Positions 28,749-36,668 of a stretch of 64,000 nt of DNA are shown piece after piece; within the stretch, counting starts at the first letter, position 1, and each line of letters opens with the position of its first letter. Where the stretch lies: the NCBI GenBank assembly GCA_030654075.1, contig JAURYB010000172.1, positions 3,285-67,284 on the forward strand, read 5' to 3'. Position numbers and translations under genes: made by a program. Origin of the DNA: Bacteroidales bacterium (GTDB lineage: Bacteria; Bacteroidota; Bacteroidia; Bacteroidales; UBA4417). The notes under the pieces were generated by a model. The model was given only the letters and a program-made list of their open reading frames with translations, did not search any database and was not told the DNA's origin.

Positions 28749-29597
28749 GTGACCAAAGAAAACGCAATAAGATTATTCCAGGACCAAAAAGTTCGGGTAC
28801 AATGGGATGACGAACAAGAAAAATGGTTTTTTTCAATTGTTGATATTATTGGAATATTAACGGATAGCCCGAATCCCAGAAAATACTGGAGTGTACTAAA
28901 ATCAAGACTTAAACAAGAAGGAAGTCAGTTGACTACAAAATGTAGTCAACTGAAAATGCAATCAGCCGATGGTAAGTTTTACAAAACAGATGTTGCAGAT
29001 ACTGAACAGTTATTACGATTAATACAATCAATTCCATCACCAAAAGCTGAACCATTTAAGGTTTGGTTAGCAAAAGTTGGATATGAGCGTATTGAAGAAA
29101 CGGAAGACCCAGAAATTGCTTTTGACAGAGCAATGGAAACATATTTTAAAAAAGGATATTCAAAGAACTGGATCAATCAACGACTAAAAAGCATTGAAGT
29201 CAGATAAGAATTAACAGATGAATGGGAAAACCGTGGAGTTAAAAAAGGGTTAGACTATGCGATTCTTACTGACGAAATTACAAAGGCATGGGCTGGATTT
29301 TCGACCAAAGAATATAAAGATTTCAAGGATCTGAAAAAAGAGAATCTGAGGGATCACATGACTAATTTGGAATTGGTTCTAAATATGTTAGCAGAAACAT
29401 CAACTACTGAACTTTCTAAAAAGCATAAACCAAAGACTTTTTCTGAGAATAAAGTAATCGCTCGAAAAGGAGGTACTGTCGCGGGCAATGCAAGAAAGGA
29501 ATTAGAAGACAAATTAGGGAATAGTATATTAAGTAAACATAATGCTAAAAAACTGGAGCAAAGAGAAGACAAGGAATTGAATAACCCGGAAGAATAA
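28749..29597 (+). pseudogene. Bro-N/DinD-like (DNA-damage-inducible protein D family) gene interrupted by one in-frame TAA
   Basis: ORFs 28749-29207 and 29358-29597 are in the same frame. The whole interval 29208-29597 is open. The only stop is TAA at 29205-29207 (..SIEVR*ELTDEWENRGVKKG..). The combined product of about 281 aa matches DinD-family length and motifs (PNPRKYW, IPSPKAEPFKVWLAKVGYERIEE, NLELVLNMLAE). Confidence 0.75.
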
Positions 29598-29618
29598 ATA
29601 ACGAAATTTCAACAAAGC

Positions 29619-30014
29619 CTATAAATCCATTATCTGGCTTTCCTTTCCGGCCGAAAAAATAAAGTCAATCGGATTATCCAGATCATAAAGAATCCGGTAT
29701 GCATCTGTTTCTTTGATGCAAAAGGGTTCGATAAGCTTTATTATTTCAGCATATGCTTCCAGTGTCAGATCACAGAAAAAGTGCTGGTAATCTTCAGTTG
29801 TGATGCCTTCATCAGTTTCTGAAACCCGTAAAATTAGCTCACAATTTATTGATTCAATAAACTCGAACTCCGAGAGATTTATAAACGCATTTTCATTTGT
29901 CGTCAGGTCTTTCAGAATCTGAAGAAACAGGGCGGCTTGTGATTTATCAAAGTCGTTCAGGCGAACTGCGTGTTCGTCGTATTCATTTATATTTTCGAGG
30001 AATTTTAGTTTCAT
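29619..30014 (-). CDS. hypothetical acidic cytoplasmic protein
   Basis: 131-aa ORF, ATG start, 16 bp downstream of the GNAT gene on the same strand. No motif recognised. Confidence 0.45.
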   Translation of the reverse strand: MKLKFLENINEYDEHAVRLNDFDKSQAALFLQILKDLTTNENAFINLSEFEFIESINCELILRVSETDEGITTEDYQHFFCDLTLEAYAEIIKLIEPFCIKETDAYRILYDLDNPIDFIFSAGKESQIMDL

Positions 30015-30029
30015 TAAATTCGTTATTAA

Positions 30030-30551
30030 TTATTCGTTATTGGTTAATGGCATTGTTTTGTTAAACTCCAGTTTGTAGAAAGCTGCTTTTAATCCATCAA
30101 ACTTACCGGTTTCATAAAGCTGAAACCCGAATTTACTCAAAACTCTTATGGATGCAGGATTTTCAGGATCAACAATACCGATTATCTCTTTGATTTGTTT
30201 TTTCGTGGCAAGGCTGATCATACATTTCACCATTTCTGAAGCATATCCTTTTCCCCAATATTCAGGAAGCAGCATGTAGCCTACTTCAAATTGATCAGCA
30301 GTAATCTGAACCAACTTAACTATGCCTATAAAATCGTCCTTATCTTTCTTTCTCACTATGAAAAAGCCGGTATCACCGCTTGCAATATTAGTGTCTAATA
30401 CTTTTTGAAACCTGATTTCTGCTTTTTCCAGGGTAAGTGCATTGCCGGTTACAAATTTCATGACATCATCATTCATTGTCAATTGAGCATACAATGTAAA
30501 ATCATTGTCTGTCAATTTATTAAATATTAACTGCCTTGAAGAGATATACAT
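30030..30551 (-). CDS. GNAT-family N-acetyltransferase (RimJ/RimL-like)
   Basis: 173 aa. Motif A region VGYMLLPEYWGKGYASEMVKCMISLA. Typical GNAT length. Confidence 0.8.
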   Translation of the reverse strand: MYISSRQLIFNKLTDNDFTLYAQLTMNDDVMKFVTGNALTLEKAEIRFQKVLDTNIASGDTGFFIVRKKDKDDFIGIVKLVQITADQFEVGYMLLPEYWGKGYASEMVKCMISLATKKQIKEIIGIVDPENPASIRVLSKFGFQLYETGKFDGLKAAFYKLEFNKTMPLTNNE

Positions 30552-30693
30552 GCTGTTTTCTGATTCTTTAATCTTACTTTTTATTTGGGTATAATTCCGT
30601 TTGAACCACTAAGGTAAACTAGTTGAACGTTCAGGCTGCTTTTTAGTTATGATTATTTGCTCTATCTGCCTAATATCAAGTCCCGAAATTTGA

Positions 30694-33069
30694 TTACAAA
30701 AAAGTGACCTTAACCTGTATATCCGAATTTCTTCCTTTATCATCGCTACATGAAATTTTAATTAATCCCGGATCCGGAGTAAAAAAAAGTTTCTGTCCGC
30801 GAATTGCTTCTTTAAAGAACTTATCGTTGATATACCAGTACACTTTGTTTACATCGGAAGTAGCTGTAAAAGCCAGTTGTAACTGTTGTTTTGCTGAAGC
30901 ATACAGAATATACTCCTTGCCTTCGGTAAGTGATGTGATAACCGGGCTTTCGTTATGATAAACCCTGTTGCATAATGGATTGTGGGCCGGTATTTTTTTG
31001 TAAGGAATTTGTTCTTCTTCATAAAAGGCAATCAGACCAGGACTTAGATTCTGATAGTGATCGGTGCGATAACCGGCTTCAGGCAGGCAGGAACGGCAAT
31101 ACGAAATGCTTCCGGCTTCGTTAACAAAAACGGGCATTAAATGATCGCATTTCCGGTTTGGTGAAATTGCAGGAATATAATCATCCATTACCAGGTTGGT
31201 GCATGACTCGCCGGGTGGCAAACCCGATTCACTGCAAACCAGCCTGAAATCCAATCCTGCCGGCCGTTTAAACCAGGTTGGTTTTTGATTATAAGTGAGA
31301 AAATTAAAAATCTTGAACAGTATAGGCGTAGCAAAATCGGCACCCGAAAGTTCAGGAATTCCGGTACCATCAAAGTTCCCGACCCACACCCCAACTGTGT
31401 ATTCCGGATTGTATCCGAAACTCCATGCATCGCGTCTGCCGTAGGAGGTTCCGGTTTTCCACGCGATATGAGGAAGGTTTACTGAGTTTTCAAAATTATT
31501 GGGAAGATCCGGCCGTTTGAGCCCTGTGAGTATTTCGTGTATCATCCAGGTTGCTTGCGGACTGAATAATGTATCCGTTTCATCAATTTGAGTATCAGTA
31601 GTAAAACGCAGTGAATGATTTACGCCGTCGGTTGCAAGACATGAATATAAACTGGTAAGTTCAGTCAGCGTTACTCCGCAACCTCCAAGAATTACCGATA
31701 AACCAAGAGTTTTCTTCCGTTTGCCAATCCATTTCAGACCGCCGCGACTTAGTTTTTCGTTGAACAGGTTTACTCCAACCTTGTTTGCAAGGTCAACGGC
31801 CGGGATATTCAGCGACAGCGCTAATGCCTGTGATGCAGTGAGCCGCCCACGAAATGTCTCATCGTAATTTAGCGGGCGGTAACCATTAAAGTTCTGAGGA
31901 ATATCCTGCAAAATCGTCTTTGGCGTTACCAGTCCCCGGTCCATGGCTAAAGCATAAAGAAATGGTTTCAACGCGCTTCCCGGCGACCGAAGGGAATTGG
32001 CTCCATCTACCTGTCCCTGGAACTGGTTTTCATTAAATCCAGCTGAACCAACATAGGCAACAACGGCATGTGTGCGGTTATCAATCAGAACCACTGCGGC
32101 ATTGCCAACGCCAATTCCGCGGTACATATTTACTTCGTTGCTTACCGTATTCTCGACAAAATCCTGTAAGCGGGAATTAATATAAGTTGTGATTATAGGG
32201 CTATCGGGATTCAGGCCTGAAACCAGCCGTGACAGGTGGGGAATTTGTTTAGGCGCGTCATACCGTTTGGCTGTGAGTGGTTCCACCAATGCGTCATTCA
32301 ATGTTTTTTTGTCAAAGATACCTTGTGTGCTTAGTTTCTTCAGCCAGAAATTACGTTCACTCACGATCATGTCGTTATTGATGCCAAGCCTGAGGTGATT
32401 TGGATCATTTGGAATAATGGCAAGCGATACAATCTGTGCCAGGCTTAAAACCTGAGGTTCTTGTCCGAAATAGAGGAAAGAAGCTGCCTTGATTCCCTGG
32501 ATATTACCGCCGTAAGGGAGGAGGTTGATATACAATTCCAGGATTTCGTTTTTAGAATGATGAAGCTCAAGTTGTAATGCTCTGATGCACTCAATTAGTT
32601 TATTACCGACAGTTCGCTTCCGCGGTTCGAGCATACGAACCACCTGCATGGTGATGGTTGAAGCGCCTGAAACACGTTTACTGCTGCTGATATTTTGCCA
32701 AAGCGCCCTGGTTAACGCAACCGGATTAACGCCCGGATGCCATCTGAACCACTGGTCCTCCTTATAGATCATTGTTTTTACCAGCAGCGGATTTACTTCT
32801 TTTAATCCGGTTTTCATGCGCCATTGCTGATCGGAAGACAGCGATGCATTCAGTAATTTTTTCTCATCTGAAAGTATCAGTTTCGAATATCGGATATGGG
32901 TATGAACCGGGAAGATCAGGTCAGTAATCAGAAACAGAACCAGGAATGTAACGAAAGTAATTAATGAGCGCTTACCATAACGCGGTAAACCGGAAAACCA
33001 GTTGCTGATTAGCTTAAACTTCGTATGAATAAATGTTCTAATTTCAGACATTCCGGTAAGCGAAATCAA
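30694..33069 (-). CDS. pbpC: penicillin-binding protein 1C (bifunctional transglycosylase/transpeptidase)
   Basis: 791 aa. N-terminal anchor, GT51 motifs (EDQWFRWHPGVN, GASTITMQVVR), transpeptidase SPGSALKP (SxxK) and KTGTSYG, C-terminal PBP1C-type beta domain. The track start is TTG at 33069; ATG at 33051 (MSEIRT) is an alternative. Confidence 0.85.
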   Translation of the reverse strand: MISLTGMSEIRTFIHTKFKLISNWFSGLPRYGKRSLITFVTFLVLFLITDLIFPVHTHIRYSKLILSDEKKLLNASLSSDQQWRMKTGLKEVNPLLVKTMIYKEDQWFRWHPGVNPVALTRALWQNISSSKRVSGASTITMQVVRMLEPRKRTVGNKLIECIRALQLELHHSKNEILELYINLLPYGGNIQGIKAASFLYFGQEPQVLSLAQIVSLAIIPNDPNHLRLGINNDMIVSERNFWLKKLSTQGIFDKKTLNDALVEPLTAKRYDAPKQIPHLSRLVSGLNPDSPIITTYINSRLQDFVENTVSNEVNMYRGIGVGNAAVVLIDNRTHAVVAYVGSAGFNENQFQGQVDGANSLRSPGSALKPFLYALAMDRGLVTPKTILQDIPQNFNGYRPLNYDETFRGRLTASQALALSLNIPAVDLANKVGVNLFNEKLSRGGLKWIGKRKKTLGLSVILGGCGVTLTELTSLYSCLATDGVNHSLRFTTDTQIDETDTLFSPQATWMIHEILTGLKRPDLPNNFENSVNLPHIAWKTGTSYGRRDAWSFGYNPEYTVGVWVGNFDGTGIPELSGADFATPILFKIFNFLTYNQKPTWFKRPAGLDFRLVCSESGLPPGESCTNLVMDDYIPAISPNRKCDHLMPVFVNEAGSISYCRSCLPEAGYRTDHYQNLSPGLIAFYEEEQIPYKKIPAHNPLCNRVYHNESPVITSLTEGKEYILYASAKQQLQLAFTATSDVNKVYWYINDKFFKEAIRGQKLFFTPDPGLIKISCSDDKGRNSDIQVKVTFL

Positions 33070-35274
33070 TTAAATAACATGAATAAGACCAGTTCCATTT
33101 TCCGAAATACGGCCGATTACCACTGCATTTTCTACACCTTGGTCTGATAACTCTTTTAGAACCTGTTCCGCATATTTTTCAGGGATTGAAACAAGTAAAC
33201 CGCCCGAAGTCTGTGCATCGCAGAACATAAGCTTTTCGGTTTCTGAAAGAATGGCATTCCACCTGATCCATTCCTTATAGAAATCATAGTTTCGATGCGT
33301 TCCACCCGGAATAGCTCCGGCCAAGGCGAGTTCTTTAACCTGTTTCATAAATGGTAACTGGCTGAAGACAATCTCTGCATTTACATTGCTTCCGCGTGTC
33401 ATTTCGCTGAGATGCCCGGCCAGTCCGAAACCGGTTATATCTGTACAGGCATTCACAGGGAATTTCGAAAATGCAAGTGAGGCTTTGTGGTTTAGTTGTT
33501 TCATCCATTTGCATGCTTCGGCAGCAGCGTTTTCATCCGCCAGGCCGCTCTTTACGGCTGTAGAAATAATTCCTGTCCCCAAAGGTTTTGTGAGGATCAA
33601 CACATCGCCGGGCTGTGCGCCGATATTTTTCCAGGCTTTTTGGGGATGAACCAATCCTGTAACGCACATTCCGAATTTTGGCTCAGTATCATCTATACTA
33701 TGGCCACCAATAATGCTTATTCCTGCTTCGGTGGCTTTATCAGCAGCGCCAAGCAGGATTTGCTCGAGAACCTCAAGTGGCAGCCGCTGAACCGGGAATG
33801 CGACGATATTAAGTGCAAATAATGGTTTCGCGCCCATGGCATAAATATCACTCAATGCATTTGCAGCTGCAATGGCTCCAAAATCATAGGGATCATCAAC
33901 AATAGGCGTGAAGAAGTCAAGTGTCTGAACAATGGCTTGTTCCTGGTTAATCAGATAAACTGCTGCATCATCGCCCGACGCATTTCCAACCAGGACATTG
34001 GGATCAGTTGTTACAGGAAGATTCTTGAGTATTTTTTCGAGATCAGCCGGTTGCATTTTGCAGGCGCAACCTAAACCATGGGTGAATTGAGTAAGTTTTA
34101 TAGTGTCAGCCGTAACTGCATTCTTTGTTTCGGTTGTAGGAGCGGCTATAGCTTGATATGCTCTGGCAATCATAGTTGCTGCCGATTTCATTTCATCCAG
34201 AGTGGAATATTTGCCGGTTGAGAGCCGTATCGTTCCCATGGCATATTCCGTTGTTACACCCATCGCCAGCAACACATGCGAACTGGTAACACCTGCCGGA
34301 TGACAGGCGGCGCCTGCCGAAGCAGCCAATTCAGGTAAAGTTGAAAGTAAAGTGTCTGCCGGAATACCTTTGAAAGCCACACTGAGTGTATTGGGTAAAC
34401 TCATCTCGATATCAGTGTGGATGTGCATTTCAGGAATCTGTTCCAATAATTCATTCAGAAGCAGGTCACGCATTTCTTTCAGGTGTCTGATGTTTTTTTG
34501 GAGATCGCGGGCAGCAATTTCAGCAGCTTTACCGAAACCAACAATTTCCAGCAGGTTTTCGGTTCCGGCGCGGAGGTTATGTTCCTGTCCGGCGCCATGT
34601 ATCAGGTTATCAAGTACTACGCCTTTGCGGATGTAAAGAGCGCCAATGCCTTTTGGCGCATACATTTTATGACCCGCAAGGGTGAGCAAATCTATGCCCA
34701 GAGCATTAACATCAATTTTAATTTTTCCTGCCGACTGGGCAGCATCTGTATGAAACAGAATTCCATGCTGATGTGCGAAGGCAGCGAGTTGGGCTATAGG
34801 TTGAATGGTTCCAACCTCATTATTGGCATGCATTACAGAAATCAGGATTGTTTGGGGAGTGATTAATTCTTCCAGCTTATCAACTTCTGCCAGGCAATTT
34901 TCATTGACAGGAAGATAAGATATCTGAAAACCTTGTTTATGAAGCCAGGTGCAAACTTCGAGAATAGCAGGGTGCTCAATGGTTGAAACTATGATATGAT
35001 TTCCTTTATTTCGTAAGGCAAAGGCAGCGCCTTTCAAAGCATGATTATCGGATTCGGAGCCGCCACTTGTAAAGATAATTTCTTCGGGCGAAGCACCTAT
35101 CAATGCAGCAACCTGTTGACGGGCCAGTTCAACGGCTTTGCGGGAATCAATTCCATAGCTGTAGCGGCTCGATGGATTGCCGAAATAGGTATTCAGATAC
35201 GGGCGCATGGTGGCTTCAACCTCAGGGTCAATGGGAGTTGTTGCGTTATAATCGAGGTAAATAAGGTCTTTCAT
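33070..35274 (-). CDS. selD: fusion protein: NifS-like cysteine desulfurase/selenocysteine lyase (N) + selenide, water dikinase SelD (C)
   Basis: 734 aa. N-terminal half has class V aminotransferase motifs (YLDYNATTP, HANNEVG, AGHKMYAPKG PLP-Lys, active-site SAGAACH). C-terminal half is SelD (THGLGCACKMQP Cys/Lys loop, DDAAVY, GGHSIDD, PurM-like fold). Confidence 0.9.
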   Translation of the reverse strand: MKDLIYLDYNATTPIDPEVEATMRPYLNTYFGNPSSRYSYGIDSRKAVELARQQVAALIGASPEEIIFTSGGSESDNHALKGAAFALRNKGNHIIVSTIEHPAILEVCTWLHKQGFQISYLPVNENCLAEVDKLEELITPQTILISVMHANNEVGTIQPIAQLAAFAHQHGILFHTDAAQSAGKIKIDVNALGIDLLTLAGHKMYAPKGIGALYIRKGVVLDNLIHGAGQEHNLRAGTENLLEIVGFGKAAEIAARDLQKNIRHLKEMRDLLLNELLEQIPEMHIHTDIEMSLPNTLSVAFKGIPADTLLSTLPELAASAGAACHPAGVTSSHVLLAMGVTTEYAMGTIRLSTGKYSTLDEMKSAATMIARAYQAIAAPTTETKNAVTADTIKLTQFTHGLGCACKMQPADLEKILKNLPVTTDPNVLVGNASGDDAAVYLINQEQAIVQTLDFFTPIVDDPYDFGAIAAANALSDIYAMGAKPLFALNIVAFPVQRLPLEVLEQILLGAADKATEAGISIIGGHSIDDTEPKFGMCVTGLVHPQKAWKNIGAQPGDVLILTKPLGTGIISTAVKSGLADENAAAEACKWMKQLNHKASLAFSKFPVNACTDITGFGLAGHLSEMTRGSNVNAEIVFSQLPFMKQVKELALAGAIPGGTHRNYDFYKEWIRWNAILSETEKLMFCDAQTSGGLLVSIPEKYAEQVLKELSDQGVENAVVIGRISENGTGLIHVI

Positions 35275-35292
35275 TTGATAGTTTTTTAGGTT

Positions 35293-35334
35293 AAAACCAC
35301 TAAGGCACTAAGAACACAAAGAACCACTAAGGAG
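35293..35334. repeat. CACTAAGG micro-repeat block
   Basis: aaaaccactaaggcactaagaacacaaagaaccactaaggag. Same family as 21276-21318 (inverted). A single unit occurs at about 30604. Confidence 0.75.
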
Positions 35335-35366
35335 TTAAAATTAGCATCGTTAATAACTATTTTCTA

Positions 35367-36413
35367 TTAACGATTAACCATTAACTTTTTCCCCAAGGCA
35401 TGATTCAGAATAATCTCAACATGTTCCTTCAGACTTCCGGCAGCTAAAGGTATTCTTACAATCTCTTTAACCGGACGGCGGACCAGGGAATTAGCGTAAA
35501 GCTTGTCATAATAAGTTAGTGCGATATCAGCAACCTTTTCGAAATCATCATTCTGCAAGGCGAGCAACACTTCGCGTGCCTGGAACGTTCCCATAAATTG
35601 TCCGAGATGCTCAAGTACAGCCTGGAGGACAGGCTTTTCGAAACAGGCATATTCATCGACAAGTCTTTTTATCCGGTAGTCTTTAGGCAATTCAATGAAA
35701 AACAAAGTTCCTTGAAGCATCGCTGCATGAAATGTATCAGGCAAAGTAACAGTTCCGATATTCATGCTTTCGTGCTCAAGCCAGAGCGGCTTTATTGGAT
35801 CAAGTTCAGACCAGAGTGTATAAAGATTATTCTCAAATTGCTCTGTTGTGGGTTGAGAATTCTGTCCGAGATGCCCGAAATTGGACCCTTTATGGCAAGC
35901 AAGTGCCTCCAGGTCAATGATCTGATGACCAAGTTTGCCGATTTCCTTTAGAATCCCTGTTTTTCCTGAACCGGTATAACCTCCTATCAGAAATAGTAGT
36001 CTTCCCGAAGAGAACTGTTTTCGGATATACCCGCGATACGCTTTATAGCCACCCTCGAGCACAAAAACCTGGTAACCGGCTTCCGCAAAAAAAGCGGCAA
36101 TTTTGGCGCTGCGCATTCCACCACGCCAGCAATGCAATAACATTTGTTTATCGGGAGCTACATTCCCGATGGCATTCAGATAGTAATCCGTTTTTTCTCC
36201 GGCAATTATTTTCCCAAGTTCAATGGCAGGCTCTTTACCGATTTTAACATACGTAGTTCCAACCCTGGCGCGTTCGTCGTTATCGAATAAAGGGATATTA
36301 TGAGCACCGGGAATATGTCCCTGCAGGAATTCGCCTGGTGAACGTACATCAATAACAGGAAGGCGGAGAGCCATTAAAAGGAATTGTTCGGGGGAGAGGG
36401 TTTCGGGGGTCAA
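35367..36413 (-). CDS. selU: tRNA 2-selenouridine synthase (SelU/MnmH)
   Basis: 348 aa. Rhodanese domain (IDVRSPGEFLQGHIPGAHNIPL, active-site CWRGGMRS) plus P-loop GGYTGSGKT. The track start is TTG at 36413; ATG at 36374 is possible. Confidence 0.9.
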   Translation of the reverse strand: MTPETLSPEQFLLMALRLPVIDVRSPGEFLQGHIPGAHNIPLFDNDERARVGTTYVKIGKEPAIELGKIIAGEKTDYYLNAIGNVAPDKQMLLHCWRGGMRSAKIAAFFAEAGYQVFVLEGGYKAYRGYIRKQFSSGRLLFLIGGYTGSGKTGILKEIGKLGHQIIDLEALACHKGSNFGHLGQNSQPTTEQFENNLYTLWSELDPIKPLWLEHESMNIGTVTLPDTFHAAMLQGTLFFIELPKDYRIKRLVDEYACFEKPVLQAVLEHLGQFMGTFQAREVLLALQNDDFEKVADIALTYYDKLYANSLVRRPVKEIVRIPLAAGSLKEHVEIILNHALGKKLMVNR

Positions 36414-36414
36414 A

Positions 36415-36665
36415 ATAATGTGGGATGTTGGATGTGGGATGTCAGATGTTGGATTTTGGAATTTAAGGCTTGGAATGTGGATTTTGGAATTTTGAGTTTA
36501 CGAGTAACCCCAAACCCCGTGGGGGCTTAACGTAGACGAGAGGTATTTTGGCTATTTGAATTTTGAATTTTGCCCTTCGTCTTCGCTCAGGGTAAAATTT
36601 TTGAATTTTGAATTTTGAATTGTGATTTTTAAATTTTTGATTTTGAATTTGGAATTTGAGGGAGA
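36415..36665. repeat. spacer filled with period-7 arrays (TKGGATG x11 at 36421-36497; ATTTTGA-like x9 at 36597-36659)
   Basis: tgggatg ttggatg tgggatg tcagatg ttggatt ttggaat ... and atttttg aattttg aattttg aattgtg ... read directly. A GC-rich hairpin-like core (ccccaaaccccgtggggg) lies between them. Confidence 0.85.
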
Positions 36666-36668
36666 TAT

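Noticed and set aside
29619-30551. GNAT acetyltransferase plus adjacent small ORF as a GNAT-type toxin-antitoxin pair.
   Set aside because: The GNAT looks RimJ/RimL-like, not TacT/AtaT-like. The small gene is downstream rather than upstream, is 131 aa and shows no RHH/DUF1778-like features.
33070-34100. Possibility that SelD is itself a selenoprotein (in-frame TGA) or that a Sec-decoding trait is evidenced here.
   Set aside because: The active-site loop is GLGCACK with Cys codons. The ORF has no internal TGA. No selA/selB/tRNA-Sec or SECIS-like context is seen in the window.
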